Positions 1-12,129 of a stretch of 64,000 nucleotides of DNA are shown here, piece after piece. Location: assembly GCF_006345805.1 (NCBI RefSeq), contig NC_043009.1, positions 21,390,001 through 21,454,000 on the forward strand. Reading direction: 5' to 3'. A program made the position numbers and the translations under genes. The number at the start of each line of letters is the position of its first letter. Positions within the stretch are counted from its first letter, which is position 1. This DNA is from Octopus sinensis. Its lineage: Eukaryota. Below the pieces are notes generated by a model. It made no database searches. It was not told where the DNA came from and was given only the letters and a program-made list of their open reading frames with translations.

Positions 1-372
1 TTCAGTGTGCCAATGTTGAGAGTGCCAACCCTGAGGGTGTGGGAGGTATGGGCTCGTGAGACCCTGGGACGGGGGACAGTGGCTTCATATATCTGAAAAG
101 AAAACTCGCATTTGGCAGAATTCATAGACAAACAATACAGTAGCCTTCAGTTCAACCTGCACACACTACCCTTTCATATTTCGCACTAAATGATCATTAC
201 CTTACATAGGAGATAGCCCTAGACCAGGGGTGGGGATTGCATACAGCCTTTTGAAGTGTTCATGGGAGGCAACCCAGGGTTGACAAAGGATAGGAACAAT
301 AGGAACTTCCTGTATAGGTGGAAGGGGTGGGTGGGTGGGTGGGCGCACCTCGAACTAGGAAGGGGTCTGCTT
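1..372 (-). mobile_element. RTE LINE 5' end (5' UTR plus ORF start at 125), continuing off the left edge
   Basis: Reverse complement aligns with 1633-2000; encodes MNSAKCEFSFQIYEATVPRPRVSRAHTSHTLRVGTLNIGTL. Confidence 0.88.
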
Positions 373-1880
373 AGCATACTTTAAACGAGACAGCAAATGT
401 TGATAATAGACTTGAAAAAAAAAAATCTGAGAGCTCAACGTCAGACATTCTAAGAGAATTTCGGGGATAAATAAGTAACTGTGTGATAACTTTAATAGCT
501 GAATGAGTCAATGAACATGTTGTAAGGTTATCTTGAGGGAACAGCAAAGAAAACGAGCCTATTTGAAAATTATATTTACATGATGACATGTTACTAGACA
601 ATATGTATGTATATATAGATTCAGATGAATATGGTACTTAAGTTGCAGCACCAGAATTTAGTACAGTAATATCCATACAATTTCAAAGTAAGGTGATTAA
701 AATCAAAATAAGCAACAAGAATATCCAGAGGTAATGCAGTATGATCGTTTCATGCAACTCCATTTAATTGAACAATGCAATCATTATATCAATTTAAAAT
801 GCAGAGCAATCCTCAGCTGCACAAAGACATAGAATTCAATTAAATTAGAACAGATGGACACATTAGTATAATTATACCTAAAATCTCCAAGAAGTTAAGG
901 AGATAGACAAAGAACATGCTGCGTTCACTCCAGCATAGAAGCTACAAAGTTATCAAGAAGATATACATTGTTACAGACTCTGCCTGTCACTGATTTTTGT
1001 TTTATGGGGTCAGTTTTAGTTTATAGACTAGTTTATCAAATCCTTGTATATCTAAGGCTGAGAGAACAGAGAGCAGTATCTGTTAGGCTGAGGGAGCAGA
1101 CAGAAATCAAAGTTGGTATAGTCATAAAAATCAAGATTTATTAGAAGCAATATCATGAGGTTTGGTAATGGAAAACTTAAAACAAAATGTTAGCTGACAA
1201 TTAAGGGGGTCGCCCACTAGCAGACCATTGATAATGAAACAGGGGAAGTCTTATCATGTAGTACTATAGTTAAATATTTTAAACAATGTTGCTATATTGT
1301 ATACAGTTAAAGTTTAGGGTTCTTCCAAATATCTAAAGAAGAAATACGCACAGATCATGAATGGTTAAAGTTAAGTGATTCTTCTTTCAGCCTCGCTTCC
1401 TCTACCTTCTATCTTTGCACGTATCATCATTATTCTTTCACTATTCTTCGATTACTCTTTCATTATATTGTTCTTTCAGTACTCTCTCATTATATTATTC
1501 TTTCTCTCTTTCTTTCAGTATTCTCTCATTACTCTGTCTAGCTCAAACATGTTTTTCGTTTAGTCTTGTCTCCCGGTTCATAGCCACTTATCTTTCCCCT
1601 AAAAATCTCATTTTCTCAGATTTTTCAAACCTACTTTCTTGCTCACACGATTAACAGAACCTCTTCCTAGTTTATGGTGCTCCCGCACTCCCACCCCATC
1701 CACACATGCCGGAAGTTCCTATTCTTTGCCATCCCGGGGTTGCTTCCCATGAAGACTGCAAATACTCTTTCACCATTCCTACCCCTAGTCTCGACCTATG
1801 TAAGGTAATGTTCATACAGTGCAAAATATGAAAGGCTAGTGTTATGCAGGTTGTACTGAAGGCTACTGTATTACTTGCAC

Positions 1881-4800
1881 ATGAATTCTGCCAAATGCGA
1901 GCTTTCTTTTCAGGTACATGAAGCTACTGTCCACCGTCCCAGGGTATCTAGGGCCCATGCCTCCCACACCCTCAGGGTTGGCACCCTCAATGTTGGCACA
2001 CTGAAAGGTAGGTCTGGCGAGATAGTCGAGATGCTTGAACGGAGATGTGTGGATATATGCTGCATGCAAGAAATAAGGTGGAGAGGAGGATCTGCTAGGT
2101 TCCTCACAGGCAAGGAACGCAGGTACAAGATTTTCTGGGCAGGGAACACTGACGGGGTTGGTGGCGTGGGTATACTTATCGCTGAGAAATGGGTAGATAA
2201 AGTAATTGAGGTAATCAGAGTATGTGACAGAATACTTAAGATTAGATTAGTGCTTCATCATAGTTTAGCAACCATTATATCAGCCTATGCTCCTCACTCG
2301 GGGCTACCTGATGGACAGAAAGACCGATTCTATGACACTCTACTGCAGACTACCTCGTTGACGAACGACAGAGACCTTCTCTTTGTGGCTGGTGACTTCA
2401 ATGGTCACGTTGGACGACATGCTGGGGGCTTCCATGGCGTACATGGAGGCTATGGCTATGGTTTCCGCAATGAGGAGGGAACCAGGCTGCTGGAGTTCTG
2501 CGATGCAAATAATCTTATGATTTGCAACACTAACTTCAGGAAACCTACAAGCCACCTAGTCACCTACCGATCGGGCCAACATACCAGCCAAATTGACTAC
2601 ATCCTTGCCAGGCAAAGGGAGAGATGGCTGCTTATAAATGCCAAAACCTTCCCAGGCGAAGGATGTACCCCACAACATAGACTGGTAGTTAGTGACTTTA
2701 GGATCAGGACTAGGAGGACAACCGGAAGACGACCAACATGGAGAAGAAGGATCTGGAAGCTTAAAGATCCTGCGAATGGACAGAGATTTAGGGACATGCT
2801 ACTTGAAGCCTTTAACGAAGTAGAAGGGGATAGAGTATCACATGGAGTAGAAGGCAACTGGACGTTTCTAAGGGACTGACCAGATCTGTGGCTGGTGCAA
2901 AGTCCCCTCTCGTCCCAAGGTAACGTGGTGGTGGAACAGTGTTGTAGACAGGGCTATTAGAGAAAAGAGACAGACTTGGAAGCACTGGAAGAATGGTGGT
3001 AGCAGGGAATTGTATCAAACTGCCAAAAGGGAAGCTAGGAGACAGGTCTATCTAGCCAGAGGGGAAGCAGATAAGAAAAAATTTGCCAATGTTCTGTGCC
3101 GTGAGGACCAAAGACTGGAGGTGTTTCGCGTTGCAAGACAGTGTGTGAGAGAGAATTGTGATGTGGTAGGAAAGAAGTGTGTTCGCATGGAAGATGGTTC
3201 ACTTGCGCTAAATGAGGGTGCAAAGAGAGAGGTTTGGAGACGCCACTATGAAAGGTTGCTGAATAAAGAAAATGAATGGGATAAAGAGAGTCTGCCGAAT
3301 GCCGACCCAACAGAGGGACCAGCTATCCGAGTTGATAGTTCCTTGGTAGCTAAGGCAATTAGAAGCATGAAGACAGGGAAAGCCCCAGGCCCATCAGGAA
3401 TCACTGCAGAGATGCTCAAAATATCTGGTAGTGTCAGCTATAGCCTAGTCACCCATATAGTTAATCAGGTGATACACGAAGGAGTCATACCCAATGACTG
3501 GTGTAGCAGCATAATAGTCAACTGCTACAAAGGTAAAGGTAACGCCCTAGATACAAATAATTACAGAGGTATCAAGCTGTTGGATCAGGTGATGAAGGTT
3601 ACGGAGAGGGTCATAGCCCAACTAATTAGAGAGAAAGTTAGTTTAGATGAGATGCAGTTTGGGTTCGTGCCAGGGAAAAGTACCACTGATGCTATATTCC
3701 TGGTAAGGCAGCTGCAGGAGAAATACCTAGCCAAAGATAAGCCCATGTACCTAGCTTTTGTTGACATGGAGAAAGCCTTCGAGCTGTGCAAGCCATGTAC
3801 AGGGACGCTGCTAGTAAGGTGAGGGTTGGCAACGAGTACAGTGAAGAATTCCGGGTAGAGGTAGGGGTCCACCAAGGCTCAGTCCTCAGCCCCCTCCTAT
3901 TTATCATAGTCCTCCAGGCAATAACGGAAGAATTCAAGACAGGATGCTCTTGGGAGCTCCTCTATGCTGATGACCTTGCTCTAATTGCTGAGTCACTGTC
4001 AGAACTGGAGGAGAAGTTTCAGGTGTGGAAGCAAGGATTAGAATTGAAGGGCCTTAGAGTCGATCTAGCTAAAACCAAAGTCGTAATCAGTAGGAAGGTA
4101 GACAAATCACAAACGCCTTCAGGTAGATGGCCCTGCTCGATCTGTAGAAAAGGTGTAGGTAGAAACTCTATAATATGCACCAAGTGTAAGCTATGGACAC
4201 ATAAGAGGTGCAGCAATGTCAAAGGAAGGCTAACTAGGAAGATGGTTTTTGTATGTGGCAGATGCTCAGGAACAATAAACACTGAAAATGCTCTGAGACC
4301 AACTTCTGTCACTTTGCAGGGAGAAAAGCTAGAAATAGTTGATAGCTTCCGTTACCTAGGTGACCAAGTCAGCAGCGGGGGCGGGTGTGCTGAAAGTGTA
4401 ACTACTAGAGTAAGAATAGCTTGGGCAAAGTTCAGAGAGCTCTTACCTCTGCTGGTGACAAAAGGCCTCTCGCTCAGAGTAAAAGGCAGACTTTATGAGG
4501 CGTGTGTACGAACAGCCATGCTACATGGCAGTGAAAAATGGGCCGTGACTGCTGAGGACATGCGTAAGCTCACAAGAAATGAAGCCAGTATGCTCCGATG
4601 GATATGTAATGTCAGTGTTCATACTTGACAGAGTGTAAATACCTTGAGAGAAAAGCTGGACCTAAGAAGCATCAGTTGTGATGTGCAAGAGAGACGTTTG
4701 CGCTGGTATGGGCATGTGGCGAGAATGGATGAAGATAGTTGTGTGAAAAAGTGCCACACCCTAGTGGTTGAGGGAACCTGTGGAAGAGGCGGACCCAGGA

Positions 4801-4919
4801 AAACCTGGGACAAGGTGGTGAAGCACGACCTTCGAACTTTAGGTCTCACTGAGGAAATGACTAGAGACCGAGACCTCTGGAAGTATGCTGTGCGCGAAAA
4901 GACCCGGCAGGACAAGTGA
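1881..4919 (+). pseudogene. RTE APE-RT ORF with two frameshifting deletions and one nonsense codon
   Basis: 17-nt deletion at 2876/2877 and about 67-nt deletion near 3782 relative to the 34858-37571 copy; TGA at 4626-4628 where other copies read CGA; 3039+17+67 = 3123 nt = 1041 codons. Confidence 0.9.
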
Positions 4920-5072
4920 GACCATAACCCGTGGCCTGCTACATGGGATGTAGCCAGCCCACTTATGCATACCTTCCCTTCTTGGGACACAAAACTCTAC
5001 TTGTGAAGACCTGTTGAGGCAAGTGAGGATCAGAATCGAAATCAATCAATGGAAATTGCATCTGAGTTACCA

Positions 5073-5354
5073 GTGCCGGTGGCACGTAAGAGAGCCATCC
5101 TAATGTGGCTGTTGCCAGCCCCGCACAGACTGGCCTTGTGCCGGTGGCACGTAAAAAGCACCATCCGTTCGTGGCCGTTACCAGCCTCGCCTGGCCCCGT
5201 GCCGGTGGCACGTAAAAAAAGCACCATCTGTTTGTGGCCGTTGCCAGCGCCGCCACGACTGGCCTCGTGCCGGAGGCACGTAAAAAGCACCATCCGTTCG
5301 TGGCCGTTTGCCAGCTCCGTCTGGCACCTGTGCGGGTGGCACGTAAAAAGCACC
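5073..5354 (+). repeat. Five tandem 61-68 bp hairpin modules in the RTE 3' UTR
   Basis: GTGCCGGTGGCAC core at 5073, 5138, 5199, 5267 and 5330. Confidence 0.9.
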
Positions 5355-5902
5355 CACTACACTCACGGAGTGGTTGGCATTAGGAAGGGCATCCAGCCGT
5401 AGAAACACTGCCAGATCGGACTGGGCCTGATGCAGCCTTCTGGCTTCACAGACCCCAGTTGAACCGTCCAACCTATGCTAGCATGGAAAGCGGACGCTAA
5501 ATGATGATGATGATGATGATTAAGAAGAATATTTTAACAAAAAGATAGAAATATATGAATACTTTTGAGTATATACCAAACTTTTACTACAATAGAGGGA
5601 GGAAAAGAAATTATCCAGAAATAGTTTATTATTTATACATATTGTACACTTAAATACTAACTCATCAGATGGTATCTGTGAATATTAATTGGTATATACT
5701 GGTATTAATAAAGGAACAGGCTAATTATATATTAATAATAGTATTAATAAATTTCTATCCTTTATTAATTTCATATACATAAATATAAATATATATATAT
5801 ATATATATTAACAATTGAGGATAAAATCTTTAAAAGAAATTTTCAGTAGTCGCGTGAAAAACCTCGTAAGAGAAAAAATCCGTAAATTCTTCCTCTTTGA
5901 AA

Positions 5903-6355
5903 ATATTCATTTATATTATATTGAGGGTACTACTATTCGTAGATACCAACACGCTAAGAGGGACCAATGCGGTCAAAACTACTAAAAATAAACAAAATTA
6001 TTCCGACTAGACAATTTATTACCGAAATGCATTGCGAATAAGCCCGCCATTTTCATAGATATGTAAAGATAAACATTCGTACATGCTACGACGAATTCTA
6101 CGGTTGGCTATCGAGCTTGTAATGTTATGTTTTCTCTTATATTTCTTGAGTTTGTTGCACTGATGAACATGAAATGCATATTCTGCATTAAATGCAAAAT
6201 CACATGTGATATGTAACTGAATTCTTTTTTTAAAATGACGTGTTTTGAAGTTTTGCATTCGGTAAAATTTTGTTTATTTTTAGTAGTTTTGACCGCATTG
6301 GTCCCTCTTAGCGTGTTGGTATCTACGAATAGTAGTACCCTCAATATAATATAAA

Positions 6356-6362
<7 letters not shown>
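5903..6362. repeat. Perfect 97-bp inverted repeat (5903-5999 / 6266-6362), probable Penelope-like remnant
   Basis: Arms are exact reverse complements when compared by eye; the spacer on the - strand has weak GIY-YIG C-terminal-like residues. Confidence 0.75.

Positions 6363-6413
<51 letters not shown>
6359..6413. repeat. (TA)n microsatellite
   Basis: Uninterrupted TA run. Confidence 0.98.
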
Positions 6414-6417
<4 letters not shown>

Positions 6418-6504
6418 TTAATTTAATATAAAAATTGCTATAAATTTTTCCATGCTGACTACCTGGTAATTATCATTAATGTAATTTTTGTCCTTATTTT
6501 ATGA

Positions 6505-6893
6505 GTATCGTGGCACTCAGTCAGTTTTGATGATGAAGGTTCCAGTTGATTTGATCAATGGAACAACCTGTTCATGAAATTAACATGCAAGTAGCTGAGC
6601 GCTCCACAGACATGTGTACCCTTAACATCATTCTCAGGGAGATTCAGTATGATATAGAGTGTGACAAGGCTGGCCCCTTTGAAATACAGGTACAACAGAA
6701 ACAGGAAGAAAGAGTGAGAGAAAGTTGTGGTGAAAGAGTACAGCAGGGTTCGCCACCATCCCGTGCCAGAGCCTCAAGGAGCTTTAGGTGTTTTCACTCT
6801 ATAAACACTCACAACGCCCAGTCTGGGAATCAAAACCGTGATCCTATGACCGCAAGTCCACTTGCCCTAACCAGTGGGCCATTGCGCCTCCAC
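6505..6893 (-). mobile_element. tRNA-derived SINE
   Basis: Head GTGGAGGCGCAATGGCCCACTGGTTAGGG with an A-box-like motif and a B-box-like GGTTTTGATTCC; the 3' boundary is approximate. Confidence 0.75.
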
Positions 6894-6937
6894 TTATGTA
6901 TATAAATAAATAAATGAAATATAAATAAATGTGTGTG

Positions 6938-6967
<30 letters not shown>

Positions 6968-6968
<1 letters not shown>

Positions 6969-8472
6969 CATCATCATCATCATCATCATCGTTTAGCGTC
7001 CGCTTTCCATGCTGGCATGTGTTGGACGATTTGACTGAGGACTAGCGAACCAGATGGCTGCACCAGGCTTCAATCTTGATCTGGCAGTTTCTACAGCTGG
7101 ATGCCCTTCCTAACGCCAACCACTCAAGGAGCGTAGTAGGTGCTTTTATGTGCTACCGGTACGGGGCCATTCAGGCAGTACTGGCAATGACCTCGCTCGA
7201 ATCTTTTACACATGCCACCAGCACAGGTGCCAGTAAGGCAATGCTGGTAACAATCACGCTCAAATGGTGTCTTTTATGTGCCACCGGCACAGAGGCCAGA
7301 TAGCCACACTGGCAACGATCACGCTCAGATGGTACTCTTAACACCCTACTAGCACGGGGCTCAAGTGCTACTAAGGCGACGCTGGTAACAATCACACTCA
7401 CATGGTGCCTTTTATGTGCCACTGGCACAGAAGCCGGTTAGCCGCTCTGTCAATGATCACACTCGTATGGTGCTCTTTGCACCCCGTTAGCACAGACGCC
7501 AGTCATTGAATTTGATTTTCATTTTGATTTTGATTTCACTTGCCTCAACAGGTCTTCACAAACTGAGTTTTAATGTTCAAAGAAGGAAAAGGGACGCATA
7601 AGTGGGCTGGTTACACCCCTGGCATAGGCCCTGAGATTATGGTCTCATTTGGCTTGCCAAGTCTTCTCACACACAGCATATTTCCAAAAGTCTTGGTCAC
7701 TAGTCATTTCCTTGATTAGGCCTAAAGTTCGAAGGTCGTGCTTCACCACTTCACCCCAGGTCTTCCTGGGTCTACCTCTTCCACAGGTTCCCTCAACTGC
7801 TAGGGTGTGGCACTTTTTCACACGGCTATCCTCATCCATTCTCGCCACATGACCATACCAGCGCAGTCGTCTCTCTTGCACACCACATCTGATGCTTCTT
7901 AGGTCCAACATTTCTCTCGAGGTACTTACACTCTGTCGAGTATGCACACTGACATTACACATCTATCAGATCATACTGGCTTCATTCCTTGCGAGCTTAC
8001 GCATGTCCTCAGCAGTCACAGCCCATGTTTCACTGCCATGTATCATGGCTGTTCATACACATGTGTCATACATTCTACCTTTTACTCTGAGCGAGAGGCC
8101 CTTTGTCACCAGTAGAAGTAAGAGCTCTCTGAACTTTGCCCAAGCTATTCTTATTCTAGCAGCTACACTTTCAGAGCACCCTCCCCCACTACTGACTTGG
8201 TCACCTAGGTAACGGAAGTTGTTAACTACTTCTAGTTTTCCTCCCTGGAATGTGGCGGAAGTTGTTCTCTACGCATTTTCAGAGTTTATTGCTCCCGAGC
8301 ATCTGCCACATACAAAAACTATCTTCCTAGTTAGCCTTCCTTTGATATTACTGCACCTCTTATATGTCCATAGCTTACACTGGGTACATCTTATAGAGTT
8401 TCTATCTACGCCTCTACTACAGATCGAGCAGGGCCATCTACCTGAAGGGATTTGTGGTTTGCCTGCATTCCT
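6968..8472 (-). mobile_element. 5'-truncated RTE LINE (RT C-terminus plus 3' UTR)
   Basis: (CAT)n tail at 6968-6990; - strand ORF QERRLRWYGHV...GRGRPRKTW; a divergent set of UTR modules. Confidence 0.95.
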
Positions 8473-8769
8473 ATATATATATATATATATTATATATATA
8501 TATATATATATACATATATATAAGGTAAATATAGAGATATTCTATTGACAATCCAATAATTTATTTATATTACAAAATTACATTAAATACTATGAATATA
8601 ACATTATATAATATAAATAATTATAAAAGCCATAAAAGGCTAACAAATTGTTTCGATTTATATATATTTTTCTGATGTACATAATCACAGTTACATTATC
8701 AAACGATCATTGAAATCTTCTTTTCGGGTACTGAACACCATCTCTCCTTCTCATGTTCCTTCACACGTC

Positions 8770-11650
8770 CTTTTTCCAGTTTTCAGAGTTGGCACTGAAA
8801 ACTGGTAGATCGAGTGAGATTGTAGAGATGCTTGAATGGAGGCATGTTGATGTATGTTGCATCCAAGAAGTAAGGTAGAGAGGAGCCCCAGTCAGGTTCC
8901 TCACAGACAAGACATATAGGTATAAAATCTGGGAAGGTAACAGTTAGGTGATGTGGGCATACTTCTTGCAGAGAAATGTGTGCATATGGTCATAGAAGTA
9001 GTCAGAGTGTGCGATAGAGTGCTTAAGCTCAGGCTAGTCTTGTAGAATAGTATGGCAACAATTATCTCTGCCTATGCCTCACAAGCGGGCCTACCAAATA
9101 AACAGGACCACTTTCATGATATACTTCTGCAGGCTACCTCAAAGATGAATGACAATGACCTCATCTTTGTAGCTGGGGATTTTAATGGGCATGTCAGACA
9201 GCAGCCTTTCATGGTAATCTTCCATGGTGTACATGGAGGCCATGGAATTAGTTCCCAAAACAAAGTGGGAACAAAGCTACTGGAGTTCTGTGATGCAATT
9301 AACCTATTGATCTGCAACACCAACTTCAGGAAGCCAGCCAGCCAGCCACCTGATAACCTATCAATCAGGTGTCTGTGTTAACCAGATTGATTACATTCTC
9401 ACCAGACAGCAGGATGCATGATTGCACTTAAATGCAAAGACCCTTCCTGGTGAAGAATGTACCCTCCAGCATAGGCTAGTCAGTGACTTTTAGACTCCAG
9501 GCCAGAAGGATGCCAAGAAGCAGATCAATCTGGAAAAGAAGGAGTTGGAAGCTTAAGGATCCTTCATATGATCAAGAGATTTAGGGACATCCTAATTGAG
9601 AAATTTGATGAGAGGGAGGAGGATCTACAAACTTGTGACATAGAGGGTAACTGGGAATTTCTACGGGACAGATTGCTGAGGGACACAGACCAAATCTGCT
9701 TCCGGTGCAAAGTCCCATCTAGACAAAGGGTAACATGGTGGTGGAACGATGCTGTAGACAGGGCCATCAGAGCAAAGAAACAGACTAGGAAAAGTGAGGG
9801 TAGTGGGGAACTGTATCAGATAGCCAAAAAGGAAGCTAGGAAACAGGTATATCTAGCCAAGGGAGGCGCAGAATAGAAGTTTGCCTATGTTCGGCGATGT
9901 GAGGAGCAAAGAAATGAAGTGTTTTAGATTGCAAGACGGTGTGTGAGAATAAATTGTGATGTTATAGGAGAGAAATGTGTATACATGGATGATGGTGCAC
10001 TTACATTTAATGATTCTGCAAAGAAAGAAGCTTGGAAATGCCATTATAAAAGACTGGTGAATGTGGAGAATGCATGGGAGGTGGAGAGTCTGCTGAATGT
10101 TGACTCAATTGAGGGACTAGCTAACTGAATCAATAACACCCTGGTAAATAAAACAATTAAGAATATGAAGTCAGGGAAAGCACCCAGCCCATCAGGAATC
10201 ACTGCTGAAATGCTTAAAATTTCTGGTGGTGTGGGGTTCATGAAGGAGTCATACCCAATGACTGGTGTAACAGCACCATAATCAACTGCTACAGAGGTAT
10301 GAAATTGTTGGATCAGGTGATGAAAAGCTATGGTGAAAATCATAGCCCAACTAATTAGGGACAGAGTTAGTCTAGATGAGATACAGTTTGGTTTTATGCC
10401 AAGGAGAAGCACCACTGATGCTATATTTCTGATAAGGCAGTTTCAGGAGAAATACCTAGCCAAAGATAAATCTCTATACTTGGCTTTTATTGACTTAGAG
10501 AAAGCTTTTGACAGAGTTCCCTGATCCCTTATCTGGGGGTCAATGTGAAAATTGGCAATGAGTAATGAAGAATTCAGAGTACATGTAAGGGTACACCAAG
10601 AATCAGTCTTTGCCCCCTCTTGTTCATCATAGTCCTCAAGCAGTAACAGAGGAATTCAAGACAGGCTGCTCCTTTGGAGCTCCTCTACACTGATGACCTT
10701 GTTCATATAGCTGATTCACTACCAGAACTAGAGAAGAAGTTCCAGGTATCGAAGCAAGGTCTAGAACTAAAGGGCCTTATAGTTAACCTCACAAAAACCA
10801 AAGTCTTAGTAAGTAGGAAGGCAGACAAATCACAAATCCCTTCAGGTAGACAGCCCTGCTTGATCTGTTGAAAAGGCGTAGGTAGAAACTCCACAAGATT
10901 CAACTGGTGTAAGCTTTAGGCACATAAAAGATGCAGCAATATCAGAGGAAGGTTAACAGGAAAAATTGCTTTTGTGTGTGGAAGATGCACAGGCACAATG
11001 AACACTGAAAATGCATATAAAATAGACTCCAGCAATTGCCATGGGGTTAAGCTAGAGGTAGTAGATAGCTCCCATTATCTAGGTTACCAAGTTAGTAGCA
11101 GAGGTGAATGTGCTGAGAGCATAACTGTGAGAATAAGATTAAGCTGGGCAATGTTCAGAGAGTTTCTATCTCTGCTGGCAACAAAGGGCTTCTCCCTTAG
11201 AGTGAAAGGCAGATTGTATGATGCCTGTGTGCAAACAGCTATGCTACATGGCAGTGAAACATGGGCTGTGACAGCCAAGGACATGCATAGGCTTGAAAGA
11301 AATGAAACCAGTATGCTTTGCTGGATGTGTAATGTCAGTGTGCATGTTTGACAGAATGTAAGCATCTTGAGAGAAAAGTTGGGAATAAGAGGCACCAGAT
11401 GTGGTGTGCGAGAGAGACAAATGCACTGGTATGGTCATGTGGTGCATATGGATGAGGACAACTGTGGAGGGAACCTGTGGTAGAGGTGGAGCCAGGAAGA
11501 CATGGGATGAAGTGGTGAAGCATCATCTTTGAAATTTGGCAATGTGTTGTGCTTCAGATGACCTGTCAAGCCAAATGTAATCATAGTCATGGCTGATGCT
11601 GGTGTCACGATACTGGCACCCATGCTGGTTGCACATAAAAGCACCTTGTT
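8770..11650 (+). mobile_element. Older decayed RTE LINE (second subfamily)
   Basis: Fragmented ORFs with GDFNGHV, QFGF, FIDLEKAFDRVP, LYTDDL and MLHGSETW; many stops. Confidence 0.92.
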
Positions 11651-11796
11651 ACATAGGTCCTTTTTTGTCATACAGTAATGCAGAATGTTTAGCATTTTAA
11701 ATCTCATGTTGTCTTAAATTTTGACACCTGTTTCTATCAGTAATCAAATGCTGTTGTCTCTCTTCTTCAGCCTCATTTCTTCTTGAAACTATACAG

Positions 11797-12094
11797 GGCT
11801 ATGTGAAGGGCCTGGTCTATGTCCTCCCCCTCTCCACTCTTCCTGCAAACCTAGAGGAACTCGAGTAGAGAATCACTACCACACTGGAGATTGTTACCCA
11901 AGACATGCTGCAGCATGTTTAGGTGGAGCTGGACTACCAACTTGACATGTGCTGTGTCTCAGGCGGTGTGCATATTGAACATTTGTGAAATCATTCATGG
12001 AATCCACAAACCTTTGAATTTCTCATTCAAATTTGGAAGAATAAATCTTATGTTGCTCAACATTACATCTCAAAATCAAATATTTTGAAACACC

Positions 12095-12099
<5 letters not shown>
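11797..12099 (+). mobile_element. 3' fragment of a Tc1/mariner-superfamily (maT/DD37D-like) transposon
   Basis: Decayed GYVKGLVYV...ELDYQLDMCCVSGGVHIEHL* (stop 11986-11988), followed by the terminus GAAACACCCTG-TA. Confidence 0.7.

Positions 12100-12122
<23 letters not shown>

Positions 12123-12129
<7 letters not shown>

Larger units (their letters stand above)
1633..5520 (+). mobile_element. Full-length RTE-clade LINE (APE + RT), disabled
   Basis: APE motifs (GTLNVGT, QEIRW, GDFNGHVG, SQIDYIL, HRLVV) and RT motifs (YRGIKLL, QFGF, FVDMEKAF, GVHQGSVLSP, YADDL, FRYLG); ORF ends 4919; 3' UTR; (ATG)n tail 5501-5520. Confidence 0.97.

Noticed and set aside
1800-1913. Apparent intron in the RTE 5' region (GTAAGG/GTAATG ... 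TTTCTTTTCAG) conserved in two copies
   Set aside because: The acceptor lies within an in-frame stretch downstream of a conserved ATG (1881), so coding conservation explains it, and no spliced product yields a shared start.
1910-4990. Numerous antisense ORFs over RTE copies (also at 7649-8548, 35381-37377 and 61742-62646)
   Set aside because: They are shadow frames of the RT coding strand and have no independent features.
5138-5230. HDV-like ribozyme fold in the UTR module (CAG-CCTCGC-CTG resembles P3/L3)
   Set aside because: There is no convincing P1.1 GG, G1 or P2 pairing; the resemblance is superficial.
5073-5354. CRISPR-like palindromic repeat-spacer array
   Set aside because: The spacers are homologous to each other, the array sits in an RTE 3' UTR, the context is eukaryotic and there are no cas genes.
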